Below, in pieces: positions 1 to 12,494 of a DNA stretch of 64,000 bases. Source of the stretch: Octopus vulgaris (lineage: Eukaryota); the NCBI GenBank assembly GCA_951406725.2, contig OX597827.1, positions 3,596,001 to 3,660,000 of the forward strand, read 5' to 3'. Each line of letters starts with the position of its first letter. Within the stretch, counting starts at the first letter, position 1. The position numbers and the translations under genes are program-made. The notes beneath the pieces were generated by a model. That model ran no database searches. It had not been told where the DNA came from and saw only the letters and a program-made list of their open reading frames with translations.

Positions 1-289
1 TATTTTTCTCAGTGGAGTTCTACCAGTATGTCACTGGAATAGTTAGCTATGGCTATTAACGTGTTCCCTGACACCTCCAATTTGCTTGTTTGCGATTGTC
101 CACTGACCGAAGCCAGAACTTTATGATTATTACATTAATGTCATAAGTAATACACACACCAGCTCTTACTAGTGAGCAGCTCACTTCCATCTTTCTCCAC
201 TCTCCACTACTCACAAACTAAATATCTATTTGTCCAATTTTTCTAACCATTATTACTATAACTCCTAAGGCCACAAGCTGATACAATCA

Positions 290-485
290 TTTGCACACTG
301 GGCAAAACGCTTAGCAGCATTTCATCCACCTTTATATTCTGAGTTCAAATTCCACCAAGGCTTACTTTGCTTGCCATCCTTTCAGGGTCAATGAAATAAG
401 TACCAGTTGAGCACTGTGGTTAATGTAATCTAACAGCCTCTTCTCCATAAAATGTCAAGCTTCGTCTTTATAGCAGAAAGGATTA
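290..485 (+). mobile_element. Decayed SINE (family with TTTGCCTTTCATCCTTTCGGGGTCGATAAA-type central block)
   Basis: ttctgagttcaaattcc...catcctttcagggtcaatgaaataagtaccagt matches better-preserved copies at 35268 and 61923. Confidence 0.65.
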
Positions 486-806
486 CTGTAATTCCTGTCT
501 AACAACAGATTTTTATTTTTTATTATCTCCCTTGTCTATCTTGGTAAAGAGTATATGCCCAAATAATTAATATACTTTTCTGTATGTTGTACTTAACACA
601 AATATACAACTGAAAGCCTGGAAACTGCAGCATTTGTCTTGAGAAAGCATCTCATATAGATGTATAGTGTTAACAAACACAGAAAGGTATCCATCTTGCA
701 GCAGTGATGCAAATAACAAATTTTTAAAATAATATTTTTCCTTTCCTTCACAATGGATACATTGATTTTTACATTTATTTTCATTACTTTTCCATAGTTA
801 CATGTA

Positions 807-862
<56 letters not shown>
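807..862. repeat. (AGT)n microsatellite
   Basis: Direct reading; source of the poly-Ser at the start of ORF 802..1209. Confidence 0.95.
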
Positions 863-863
<1 letters not shown>

Positions 864-1367
864 GGGGGCTATATCTTGGAAATCTGCTGGCCCAATAGTT
901 TCTCTTCATGGGAGAATTAATAGTCAAGACTATTTAAGCATTTTATTTGATCAAATTCATCCTATGGTTGTGGAACTGTTTCTGGAGGGAAACACAATCT
1001 TTCAGGATGATAATGCACCAATTCGCACAGCTAAAATTGTTACTGAATGGCATGAGAAACATTCTTGTGAAGTTGAACATCTTATCTGGCCATCACAGTC
1101 CCCAGATCTCAATATTATTGAACATCTATGGTGCATTTTAGAAAAAACAAGTAAGGAGTGGATATCCTCCACCATCATCACTACAAGAACTGGAGACTGT
1201 TTTAGCTGAAGAATGGACAAAAATTCCTTTGGAAACAATTCAAACTTTGTAAGAGTCCATACCGTGTAGAATTCAAGCAGTAATTACTGCCAAAGGCAGT
1301 CCTAACCCATATTAAAATAAATTTGTTCAAAATTTTAAAATGTTTCCATTATTCTATCCAACCCCTG
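863..1367 (+). mobile_element. 3' part of a Tc1-family transposon (DD36E spacing), frameshifted
   Basis: GAISW...FQDDNAP...WPSQSPDLNIIEHLW catalytic motifs; ends ...ccaacccctg followed by TA. Confidence 0.9.
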
Positions 1368-1699
1368 TACATATATTCTTTGATTATTTAAATGGTTCAG
1401 CTGAAGGCTGTGACCCTGCAGTGACACAACCATTAGCATTAATGCTTGCTTATTTTAGACTTGTTTCCTGACCCTGTCTTTGAAATCTTTCATGATGAAG
1501 AATGTGATTTTGTAAATTTAATGATTTCATATTCATGCAGTATTTTATATTGTACTAAAGATTTTTACTCTAAAAGCAAATAATTGGTTTCTGGATTACC
1601 TTCAATTTAACAGACTTTAGACATTAATAGACACTCTACCCACACTAGTAGTCTGTTAAACTGTGGGTTTACTCTCACTGCTTTATTTGTACTATTCTC

Positions 1700-2290
1700 A
1701 GATAGCCAGGCTACTACGAAGAGTTTGCAACACCTTTGGGTATTATTTGAATATTTCTGGATAATCTATTTTCTCCATTTCTTTACTTTTGCTCAGAATA
1801 GTTTTTTTCACCACTACTCATATAATTCCTCAAACTCTTCCTTTTAATCACTTTCCCTTTGATAAACATTCTTTTAATAAACTCAGTTATCTTTCAACTT
1901 TAAGTATTCTCCTACCTTAGCTAATAATCACAATAAGTACAATCTTCCCTTTTCTCTCTTTTCTCTTCATACATATCAAAGGAGGAGCTGTTTGTATATT
2001 CCAAATTTATCTTGCTATTTTTCATGAGTGTTTTTTTTTTCTCTCTCACTATGATAAGCCATATAAATAATCCATATCAGCTTTTGGTGATTATTTGATT
2101 ATTTTCTAAAATTAAATCTGGTCTCCTGTCAGATCGGTTTTATGCATGATAATATTCAAAATTCCAATACGCTTTTTTTCCTAATATTCCAGCAGGTTCT
2201 TTACTACACTCAAGCTTTTTCAATCTATCCAACTTGCTTTTTCTAACTACTGCAAGGATTACCTATGAATTTCTTTTATCATTTAAGTGA
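1700..2290 (-). mobile_element. Decayed non-LTR retrotransposon fragment with restriction-like endonuclease (R4/Dong/NeSL-like)
   Basis: Minus-strand translation near 2170-2100 gives YWNFEY..*NRSDRRPDLILENN, then a WII.MAY-like and KIVLIV-like segment; many stops. Confidence 0.5.
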
Positions 2291-2554
2291 GTTATTCCCA
2301 CTGAATATTTTATGTCCAGGCACCCAAGTTGCCCAAGTTGCCCAAAGTTGCCGTCATTGTCAGCGTTGTTGTCATTGTTGCTGCTGGTTGTAGTGACTTA
2401 AAGAATCATTCACACACCAGACAAAATGGTTGGTGGAAATTAGTCTACCTTTACGTTCATACCTTCCACATTGCTATTGTTGTTGTTGTCATCATCGACA
2501 TCATTGCCACTCTACTGTCTCTGTTGCATCCAATTATGCCTATGTCTGTTATCT

Positions 2555-2890
2555 TTAATTTGTTTCAGTCATTAGACTGCAGCCATACTGGGACAGTCCT
2601 TTGATGGGCTTAGTTAAACAAATCAACGCCCAGTGCTTATTTTTTAAAGTTTGGTATTTATTCCATCAGTCTCCTTTACTAAACTACTAAGTCTCAGGCA
2701 TGAGAACAAAGCAACAACAGTTGTCAGTTGGTGGCTGGAGACGATCTTCAATCAGTTACTGTTTACCAAATCCACAAGGCTTTGGTCACCCTGGGGCTAT
2801 AAAAGAAAAAATAAGCCCAAAGTGGCAATTAGCATGTCTGAACCTGAAACTATATGGTTGAGAAGCAAACTTCTTACCATATCACCACAC
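2555..2890 (-). mobile_element. Decayed tRNA/CORE-type SINE
   Basis: ttgtttcagtcattagactgcagcc tail and accaaatccac..aaggctttggt blocks shared with the full copy at 27891-28299. Confidence 0.7.
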
Positions 2891-2894
2891 CCTA

Positions 2895-3650
2895 GCAGTT
2901 GAGGGAACCTGTGGAAGTGGTAGACCCAGGAAGACCTGAGATGAAGTGGTGAAGCATGACCTTTGAAATTTAGGCCTCACCAAGGAAATGACTAGTGACC
3001 AGGACTTTTGGAAATATGCTGTGCTTGAGAAGATCCGGCAAGCCAAATATGACCATAACCTCATGGCCTATGCCAGGGGTGTAACCAGCCCACTTATGCA
3101 TACCTTTCCTTCTTTGGACACTAAACTCTGCTTGCGAAGACCTGTTGAGGCAAGTGAAATCAAAATCAAAATCAAAATCGATGACTGGCATCAGTGCTAG
3201 CAGGATGCAAAGAGCACCATACGAGTGTGATCATTGACAGAGCGGCTAACCAGCTTCCGTGCCAGTGGCACATAAAAGGCACCATTCGAGTGTGATCATT
3301 ACCAGCGTCGCCTTACTGGCACTTGTGCCCATGCTAGTAGGGTGTCAAGAGCACCATCCAAGCGTGATCGTTACCAGCGTCACCTTACTGGCACCTGTGC
3401 CAGTGGCATGTGCAAAAAGATTCGAGCGAGGTCGTTGCCAGTACCACCTGACTGGCCCTCATGCTGGTGGCACGTAAAAAGCATCCACTACACTCTCGGA
3501 GTGATTGGCATTAGGAAGGGCATCCAGCTGTAGAAACTCTGCCAGATCAACATTGGAGCCTGGTGCAGCCATCTGGTTCGCCAGCCCTTAGTCAAAATCA
3601 TCCAACCCATGCTAGCATGGAAAGCAGATGTTAAACGATAATGATGATGA
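2895..3650 (+). mobile_element. RTE LINE 3' end (ORF C-terminus, repeated 3' UTR, (GAT)n tail)
   Basis: GRPRKT.DEVVKHDL..LGLTKEMTSDQDFWKYAVLEK; UTR collinear with the RTE at 46670-48208. Confidence 0.9.
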
Positions 3651-3658
3651 TATATATA

Positions 3659-4182
3659 TTACCTGGAAAAATGCAAACATGAAAAGTAATACTTTTAAGA
3701 TTATAAACATAGGAAAGTACAGGACAAATTATTACACCTGGAAAAGTATAGGACAAGCTATTACTAGAAAGTAAAGAATAAGAAACTTTTTACTTAAAAT
3801 ATTGCAGCAAAGAATGCCAGTTCTTCTAATTTATCACTCTTTGCAGTTCTCATCTTTTAAATTTATTATACAAAACTGTTCAGCTAATTTGTAAGTTTGT
3901 CTAATGAGTTACTTTTTTCTATATTTAAGGTAGTAAATTAGCCAAATTCTACTTAAATAAGTATAATGTTATTTGTAAACTATGATAAAATAATTTTTAA
4001 TATTCAAATTTAATTTTTGCTGCAATATTTTAAGTAAAAAGTTTCTTATTCTTTACTTTACTAGAAGTAATAGTTTGTCCTATACTTTTCCAGGTGTAAC
4101 AACTTGTTCTATACTTTTCCTGGTTTATAATATTAAGAATATTACTTTGCATTTTCCCATGTAATCCATAATTTTTCCAGGT
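3659..4182. repeat. Foldback/MITE-like element with ~150-bp inverted arms
   Basis: acacctggaaaagtataggacaa...aagaaactttttacttaaaatattgcagcaaa is reverse-complemented at 4015-4100. Confidence 0.8.
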
Positions 4183-5371
4183 ATTGCTATTATAAGATAA
4201 TCATGTGTCAATTAATAATTTAAGATTTTACCTTATAAAATACTGAAAGATAATATTTCAATTTTTCCATGTAAGTGATGATATCTCAATTTTTTTTTAT
4301 GTTTAATTTAAATATATGTTGTAATTGAATTATTTGATATTACCCATCCATACCAAATTAATGGCAGGGATTTTTACCCTGTTGTTGGTTGCACCATGGC
4401 TCACCAAAAGTTACAAACAACAAGACCCCAAAACCATCAGTTACCAGACTCACCTTAAGTACCCTAGATTTTTAGTTGGTGATAATAGCAATGACTGCTA
4501 CTAATCTAGATCTACCAATAATTATTTAATACAACAGTAATTATGAAAGCATATCAGATAAAAATAATTTCAAAATAAAAATAGCTATTTGCAAATTTTT
4601 TTAAGAACATACAATAGCAACAAGCTTAGTAAGAAGAGAGAGAGAATGAAAAGTGAAGAATAAGAGCGATTATAACAAACAAAAGAGAAATTGCAATTAT
4701 AACTAAACCTATTAACAATTTGCAATTTGGTTGAGAACTGAATTAGTGGTAAAACTTGGAAGCTACTGCAATTGACGAAATAGTGGACTTAAGAATATAT
4801 TCAACCACATGTATTTATAAAAAAATTACAACAAAAACACACCAAAAAATAGAATGTAAACATTCATGTTAGAAATTTATTCAATTTGATGTACAGATTT
4901 TTTAATTAATTATTTTTAACTAAACAATTTGAAACTTCAGATACTTGTAGAATGTGTCAGATAGAATAGGGTTTACTCTTAACGTTTTTGACAAAATTTT
5001 GTATTTTAGAAGTTATTTCATGTTAAAGTTGTTGTATTTTAACCAATCAATGATGTGTATTCAGTAATTTTCAGCTGAAGAAAATTACTGCTGCTGTTTG
5101 TGAACAACTCCTGGGTCTATAGACACAACAATGAGTCTTCGACAACCGAAAAATTTTAACTGAAAATCTCCCCTAACAAAACCCTTCTTTAATAACCAGA
5201 GATGTTTTTATAGCAACAGATATGAGAATGTGTCCATCTACCTATCTATTTATATATATTAATAATAGGTAGAAGTTACAGAGAGACAATGTCCAAATTC
5301 GTGTTTGAAGTGCCAATACATGAAACTCTCAGTTTTTGACTTACTCTCTAACTTCTGCCAATGATATATAT

Positions 5372-5417
<46 letters not shown>

Positions 5418-5624
5418 AAAAAAAAATCTCATCATGCAATCAAACCAATGAAAGAGCTTCTACCTGGTTGCTCGACATGCTAAAAATAGCAGCCAAAATA
5501 TCCCCTTACCTAAATCACTGCACATTAAAGTCCTACATTATCCCTAAAAAGACAGTTTGCTGAAGGCTGGAATGTCTTTGATGATAGGTTTGCTGTATCA
5601 GGGTTTATCTGATGCTAAATAGAT

Positions 5625-6005
5625 ATGGTTTAACATCTGTTCTCCATGCTAGCATGGGTTGGACGGTTCGACCGATGATCTGGGAAGCCAGAAGGCTGCA
5701 CCAGGCTCCAGTCTTATCTGGCAATGTTTCTCAGCTGGATGCCCTTCCTAACGCCAACCACTCCGTGAGTGTTAGTGGGTGCTTTTACGTGCCACCCGCA
5801 CAGGTGCCAGGCGAAGGCTGGCAATGGCCATGGTCGGATTGGTGCAATTTATGTGCCACCGGCACGGAAGCCAGTCGACGCGGTGCTGGCATCGGCCACG
5901 ATTCGGATGGTGCTTTTTACGTACCACCAGTCCAGGGGTCCTGGCATCTGCCGGGTGCCAGTCATAGGATTGGTTCAATTTCAATTTCGATTTCGATATA
6001 TATAT

Positions 6006-6037
<32 letters not shown>

Positions 6038-6157
6038 TTAACGTCCGCTTTCCATGCTAGCATGGGTTGGACGGTTCAACTGGGGTCTGGGGAGCCCGAA
6101 AGCTGCACCAGTCAGATCTGGCAGTGTTTCTACAGCTGGATGCCCTTCCTAACGCCA
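5625..6157 (-). mobile_element. Two adjacent RTE 3'-UTR fragments
   Basis: ccatgctagcatgggttggacgg...cagctggatgcccttcctaacgccaa present twice, with (CAT)n tail. Confidence 0.85.
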
Positions 6158-6429
6158 AGATATATATATATAATATATTTATTATATATACATCTATATA
6201 TATGTGTGTGTGTGTACATAAATATTATTTATATGTATCCATATATGTATGTATGTGTATGTATACTGTGATCAAACAGACTCCAGTGACTTCAATGAGG
6301 CTGGTGCAGTTCTACATTAGCAAGACATATACCAAGTAGTAAAACTGATAAAGAAAAGTACAATGAACTTAGTAGAAAATCTGTGTGAGAGAGAGAGAGA
6401 GAGAGAGAGACAGAGACAGTGTATGTATA

Positions 6430-6670
6430 TGTTTGTTTCCTTGCTTCAACATCATGTGATATTTGTAAATGATTGACACTGTCACACAAGCAACGTCATT
6501 TATTTCCAAAATCCTGTTATAAAACATGTCTGATCATAGAGATATATTTGCTCACCTGGAAACAGGTAAGGGTTGGCAAGAAGAAGGACATCTAGTTTGT
6601 AGAAAATCTACCTTATAATCTACCCAATTCATACAACGATGGGTGAAGAGTGGATGTTAAAGCAACGATA
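6430..6670 (+). mobile_element. Decayed SINE body with RTE-like tail
   Basis: ggaaacaggtaagggttggcaagaagaaggacatc...gtagaaaatct shared in reverse complement with 19240-19460, 28850-29090, 44865-45120. Confidence 0.6.
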
Positions 6671-6850
6671 AGGCCTTGGCGTTGCACTCAGCTTCCCAGC
6701 TGATAGGAGCAGAGGGACCAATGTAAGAGACATTGAGAGAATACAGAGAGTCAGGTGTACCTAGTGGTTACAACAGAAGATTTGTCAAACAGTCTGTCAG
6801 ACAGATGGTCTTACTTCTCTTGAGTAAACAACTGGCCTTTTGCCAAGGCA

Positions 6851-6881
<31 letters not shown>

Positions 6882-7544
6882 TTAATAAATACATAAATAA
6901 ATGAATGAATCACAAAAATCAATAACTAACAATATCAGATATATTTTGTTAAACAACATAATGTTTCTGATTACATCCATTATATTTAGACTTAATCATT
7001 ATACATTTGTTTCATGTTTTTCATTTTACTATATAATAATTGTTAATATATGTTTTTTGTTTTATTTCTTATCTATATCTTATTTTTTATATATTAACTA
7101 TCTTCGTTACGTTTTTATCTTTTTTTATTTTTTTTCTAATTTACTGTGATATCACTGTTTACTTTGACCAATAAAATTATAATAACTCATTCACTCCGGC
7201 CCCCGTCAACTTAATGTCTGCCAGAAACAAACAAAAAAAAAAAATGTAGGTATACATATATAAAAAAGAAATTAACAAAACAATTATTGAAAACCGTTTC
7301 AATATTTATGATTATTTTGCACTCAATTGTGATTTGATCGGTTGAACTATATCTGGAACGACCAGAATATATTTCCTTACTACTCAAATACTATAACAGA
7401 ATGCAAAAACACTTAACTGATAATATAATGCATACACACACACATACATACAATAGTAGGCTTATATACACACGTATATGTATGCTTATATATGTATGCA
7501 CATGTATGTGTGTGTATTTATATAATATATATAACAATATTTGT

Positions 7545-7600
7545 ATGTATATATATATAGATATATGCATATTTATATATATATGTATATGTGTGTGTGT

Positions 7601-7641
<41 letters not shown>

Positions 7642-8090
7642 AATATATATATGCATATATATATATATACAAATATATATATGCATATATATATATATAT
7701 ACAAATATATATATGCAAATATATATATGCATATATATATATATATACAAATATATATATGCATATATATATATATACAAATATATATATGCATATATAT
7801 ATATATACAAATATATATATATGCATATATATATATATATACAAATATATATATATGCATATATATATATATATACAAATATATATATATGCATATATAT
7901 ATATATATACAAATATATATATATGCATATATATATATATACACAAATATATATATATGCATATATATATATACACACAAATATATATATATATGTATAT
8001 ATATATACAAATATATATATATGCATATATATATATACAAATATATATATATGCATATATTTATATATATATATATATACACACACATAC
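7545..8090. repeat. Compound (TA)n satellite with ~30-bp unit CAAA(TA)nTGCA(TA)n
   Basis: Direct reading. Confidence 0.95.
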
Positions 8091-8218
8091 AGACTGACAT
8101 ATATGTGTGTGTGTGTGTATGTGTGTGTGTGCTTATGTCTATATTTACATGAATACAAGCATACGCATAGAATAGTATGTGTATTTAAATAACAATTCTT
8201 TTCATGGTTGGTGTTCAG

Positions 8219-8293
8219 TAGCATCAAGTGGTCTTTACACAGAAGACAATGTGACTGACCGAGTCCAAGTGAAACCATTTACCAATAAATATG
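8219..8293 (+). CDS. Candidate internal exon of an unidentified gene ([24 protein letters not shown])
   Basis: ttcag acceptor, g|gtattt donor, 75 nt, phase 1-1, open frame; joins in frame to 14570. Confidence 0.35.
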
Positions 8294-8511
8294 GTATTTG
8301 AACACACAGAGATAGAATTACAGATACATTAACTAAATATACAACTAGATAATTCATTGTCATATATTCAGAACTGTAAACAGATGATACAGAAACATTG
8401 CCGTAAATGTTAAACTAATTCAACAAACACAGTTTATAGACACTTGATGGATGTTTTATGGCTCCATCTATATGTATGTATGTATGTATGTGAGTGTGTA
8501 TATATATATAT

Positions 8512-8734
8512 ACATTCAATATGTGACCTCGTGAGTACCGCTGTTGATTTTTTTTCCTCTGTCTTCCCTTCACGGGATCTTTCCTTCTCCTATGTTTCTG
8601 ACGAAGAGCTCCGCTCGAAACGTTAAACCCTCCTTCTTCCCTTCTTTCCTGAGCGTCCAATAATACTTTATTTGTTCCACGTCCTCGCGTTGTTGTGGCT
8701 TTTTGTTTTTTTGTGTTTTCTTGTTTGGATTAAC

Positions 8735-8735
<1 letters not shown>
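8512..8735 (+). mobile_element. Short hammerhead-bearing repeat (Penelope pLTR/retrozyme-like)
   Basis: Second copy at 12491-12685 (minus); flanked by (TA)n; contains HHR motif. Confidence 0.7.
8594..8628 (+). ncRNA. Minimal type-I hammerhead ribozyme
   Basis: gttt-CTGACGA-a-gagc(tcc)gctc-GAAA-CGTT-aaac: stem I gttt/aaac, stem II gagc/gctc, palindromic stem III ACGT, predicted cleavage after GUU. Confidence 0.75.
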
Positions 8736-8770
<35 letters not shown>

Positions 8771-8832
8771 TACATACATATACAAATGTATGCATATATA
8801 TCTATATATGTGAACATGTGTGTGTGTGTGTA

Positions 8833-9147
8833 CAGTTGTGGACTGTCCAGGTTGCCAGCTTGCCTGATGGTAAGTGGGCTTCTGCGCCATTAGAATCCAT
8901 ATATGGGGGCCCATGTCAGTATCTAAGGGACCCATCCCCTCAACTTTGAGAATTTTTTTTTATTCACTCCTGTAAGAATGCATTAATTACTTCAGCCTGG
9001 CTGTGTTTGTAGGCAACTGAAAAGAATACTTTTAACAAAAAAAACATTTAATGACAGCATTGTAGTTGCAGGTGGGCCCCCTTGTAGTTTTGGGTGGGCC
9101 CCCTTAGTCTCCTGACAACCAATATTTTTAGACCTAGTCCACCACTG
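8833..9147. mobile_element. hAT-like MITE
   Basis: Termini cagttgtggact / agtccaccactg, internal GGGCCC motifs; TSD obscured by (TG)n. Confidence 0.55.
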
Positions 9148-9879
9148 TGTGTATGCATGTGTGTGTGTGTGTGTATTACATATATCTATATATCTATATC
9201 TATATATATGTTTGTGTGTATGTGTATTTATATATGTGTAACTATCATCGTTGTCATCATCATTCTCTGTTCATTTATCCCTGCTGGGATACTGGATGCA
9301 TTTCATATCTCATCACTTGCTGCAGTCCTTCATCATCTGCTACAAACAACAATGATGGGGTGGTGCAACTGGCAAGCTCTTAAAGAGAGGAGAAGAGAAA
9401 GAGGCTGAGAAAAAAAAAGAAATAGAGGAGAAAGAAAGTGAGAGAGGAAAACGGAGACAGAGAGAATAAGTTTAAAAAATGAGAGATAATCGACTGGTTG
9501 ATTAACTCAACCATGGATAATGTCCTGGACATCCAGCAGAGCAGACGACAGTTTGTATCCGGTCACTCCCTAGCAATTCATATATTTTATGTCCCTGTCC
9601 ATGTCACTTATCTCTCGATGGCCAAGTTCATCTAGCTCTAATTAGAAGGTATTGGTAGTGCTATGGATTCGAGGAGTGGATTTCTATAATCATGTGACAC
9701 ATATGTGGGTGTGTTGTCAAGAAGCCTGCTTCCTAAACATGCAGTCTTGAGTTCAATCCCACACTGCAGCACCTTGTGCAGGTGTCTTAATATTGCTGCA
9801 GGCCAACCAAAGCTTTGTGGGAAGATTTGTTTAGATGGAAACTAAAAGCACATTGTGTATATATATATATATATATATA

Positions 9880-10080
9880 CTTTATTTAAAGCAGCAGAAA
9901 ATTCAACAAAACCTGTTACTCTGAGTTTCATGTTCCCGTTCGTCAGACAGTTTTTGTCCGACGAACGGGAACATGAAACTCAGAGTAACAAGTTTTGTTG
10001 AATTTTCTGCTGCTTTAAATAAAGCATATTACTCTACCACTGGTATTTGAGTACTCTTTTTTCCACCTTGTTTCACAAAA
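9880..10080. mobile_element. Foldback HHR element: 70-bp near-perfect inverted arms (9880-10024) plus unique tail
   Basis: Arms differ at 2 positions, loop gtttt; family copies at 16798-17012 and 51651-51800. Confidence 0.85.
9913..9950 (-). ncRNA. Type-I hammerhead ribozyme motif
   Basis: Minus strand ctgt-CTGACGA-acg(ggaa)cat-GAAA-CTCAGAGTA-acag; stem I ctgt/acag, stem III ACTC/GAGT; one stem II mismatch. Confidence 0.7.
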
Positions 10081-10084
10081 GAAA

Positions 10085-10670
10085 TGTAGTTTTATGCTTT
10101 AGGAATGGTCACTTGTCGCTTGAAGACCAACCTCATTCAGGGCATCCATCAACCTCCTGAATAAATGAAGACATCATGAGAATTCATGAACTGATCTTGG
10201 GGGACCATCACTGAACAATTGACAAACTTGTTGATATGGCTGGTGTGCCCTGGAGCTCCTGCCGTGCCGAAGAATTTTGAGCAAAGAATTGTGAATGAAA
10301 AGAGTTGCAGCAAAATCTGTGCCTCACTTGCTCACAGACGATCAAAAGTAGTCAGGACTGAATGTGTGTCGTGAATTGAAAGAACAGTTGGAAATTGATC
10401 TGATTCTTTTTTTCAAAGGTCATCACTGGTGACAAAAGCTTGCGCTACAGAATTTGCAGATGAGGAAGAGGTGAAGGAAAAAATGACGGAGGCATTAGAA
10501 GGCATCACTTTGCAAGAGTTCCAGCATTGCTTCAAACAGTGGAAAATGCATCTGGGCCAATGCATTGCTTTAAATGGAGAATACTTTGAAGGTGATGAAA
10601 GTGTAAACATAAAATTAAGGGAATAAAATAATATTGCAAAATTCCAGTTTCTTTTGGGTACCTCTTCCTA
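10085..10670 (+). mobile_element. Internally deleted mariner transposon
   Basis: MKRVAAKSVPHLLTDDQK, KVITGDKS, FQHCFKQWKMHLGQCIALNGEYFEGD; 3' TIR-like end. Confidence 0.85.
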
Positions 10671-10779
10671 TGTGTATATATATGTGTGTGTATATGTATG
10701 TATACATATATATATATAAGTTCAGCTAAATTTAGATTCAGATGAATATACATACATACATATATTTTCTTTTTTTTTG

Positions 10780-11072
10780 CGACCAGGCCATCAGATGTTG
10801 TTACACATCGCTGGTCACAATGCGCTTCGTATTGTTTTAGCCTTCAAATTACGCCACCCCGCTGGCTAAGCGAGCAGGCCAACAGAAGAAAGAGTGAGAG
10901 AAAGTTGGGGTGAAAGAGTACAGCAGGGATCGCCACCACCCCCTGCTGGAGCCTCGTGGAGCTTTAGGTGTTTTTGCTCAATAAACACTCACAACGCCCG
11001 GTCTGGGAATCGAAACCGCGATCCTACAACCGCGAGTCCGCTGCCCTAACCACTAGGCCATTGCGCCTCCAC
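10780..11072 (-). mobile_element. tRNA(Arg-like)-headed SINE
   Basis: Minus-strand head ggaggcgcaatggcctagtggttagggcagcggactcgcgg...ggtttcgattccc (A/B boxes); copy at 26162. Confidence 0.9.
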
Positions 11073-11371
11073 ACATACATACATATATGTGTATGTATAT
11101 GTGTGTGTATCATCATCATCATCATTTAATGCCCTTTGTCTTCATGTTGGCATGGGTTGAATGCTTTAACAGGGGCAGATGAACCAGAGGGCTCCACCAG
11201 GCTGTATATCTATCTATATATATATTAAGGTGGTATATAGATTTTATGTATTAAGGAAAAGGGTAGAGTCAGAATTTTGGATAATTATTTATTTAGCACT
11301 TTCATGTCTCTTTGAAAGATTCATCATGCATGAACCATTTATAGAAAATTTATGCCTTTTATATATATATA

Positions 11372-11884
11372 CTAGCAGTATCGCCCGGCGTTGCTCGGGT
11401 TTATAAGGGAAATAACTATATAAGCATTTTTAGAGAGTTACTTCCTTTATAGATGCCAATTCGGGCTTTCTTAGCCATTTCTGTTTTGTTGTTTTCAAGC
11501 CATGAAGTCGTTGTTCTAAAAGAACGCTGGTCTCCTTGACAACGCATTACGATGTTGATTTCCTTACACTCCCTTCCCCACAGCTTCACGAGGGAGGGAA
11601 GAAGGGGGAGAAGCAAACAGGTGCAGATGTGAGCATGGACGCCAACTCCGCCACCATCGACACATGAAAAATTATGCATTAAAATGGAATAAAAAATGAT
11701 GTTAAATTATTTTTAAAATCGTAGACTCATCATTGACGCGCGCTAATACTCAGACGGGCTCGATATGAATCACGACTATAAGATACCCAAATTTGGTTAA
11801 ACTGCACCGCAAAATGTGGGAGTAGTTAGGAATCTAAATCGAAGGGGGCAGACACTCACACAACTACAGTTTTATATATATAGA
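11372..11884 (-). mobile_element. Non-autonomous Helitron
   Basis: 5' TC, 3' CTAG preceded by hairpin cccgagcaacgccggg, A|T insertion site. Confidence 0.85.
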
Positions 11885-12457
11885 TATGAGAGTTAGTTGA
11901 AAATACCTAGTTGAATCCGAAAGAGAATGTTCTTTGTTATTTTGAATCAAGCATGTATGTATAAATGTGTGTGTAAGAAAATTGAATTCTTGAACTATCA
12001 TTAATTTCTACCATCCCTAAAAAAGGCTTCTTTCTACAGCTGGGTAGCATGACAACTAACCAAAAATACAATGCAACTTCAATCATCCCAGAAAAGACAC
12101 CTTTCTGCCTTACTTTTTCTTCCTGTTTCCCTGTCTTTTTCTTGCTTCCTTTCTGTCTTCCAGTCCATCTTCCTTTTTTCTTGTCTTTTTTTTTCTCACC
12201 CTAACCTAGCCTCCAAACACTCACCACACACACACACACATACATATGCACACATACAGACTGAAAATAACAAGGTACATTCGCTTCCCTATTCAACTCT
12301 AAAAATTTTAATGAATAAATCCTTCAAGATGAATCCTTCAGAAAGAGATGAGCACGCTAAGTAAATAATTATCAAAAGTCCTGACTACCTCCTTTCTCTT
12401 TAAATATATATATATATATATACACATACACATATCATCATCATCGTTTAACATCCG

Positions 12458-12490
<33 letters not shown>

Positions 12491-12494
<4 letters not shown>

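Noticed and set aside
4790-5192. Possible TTAA-flanked DNA transposon
   Set aside because: Terminal inverted repeats not demonstrable and no second copy in the window
5278-5360. Hairpin-flanked GAAACTCTCAGTT, and ATGATGA..GAAA at 11290-11335 (minus)
   Set aside because: CUGANGA core or stem I missing; cannot be supported as ribozymes
7391-8278. Long Y/I/C/H/T-rich ORFs here and at 17945-18546, 43773-44378, 48090-48924, 58404-59040, 62728-63557
   Set aside because: Translations of (TA), (CA) and triplet microsatellites, open in several frames
10990-11072. tRNA genes here and at 20850-20929, 26162-26235, 49091-49160
   Set aside because: tRNA-like heads continue into SINE bodies; no complete cloverleaf
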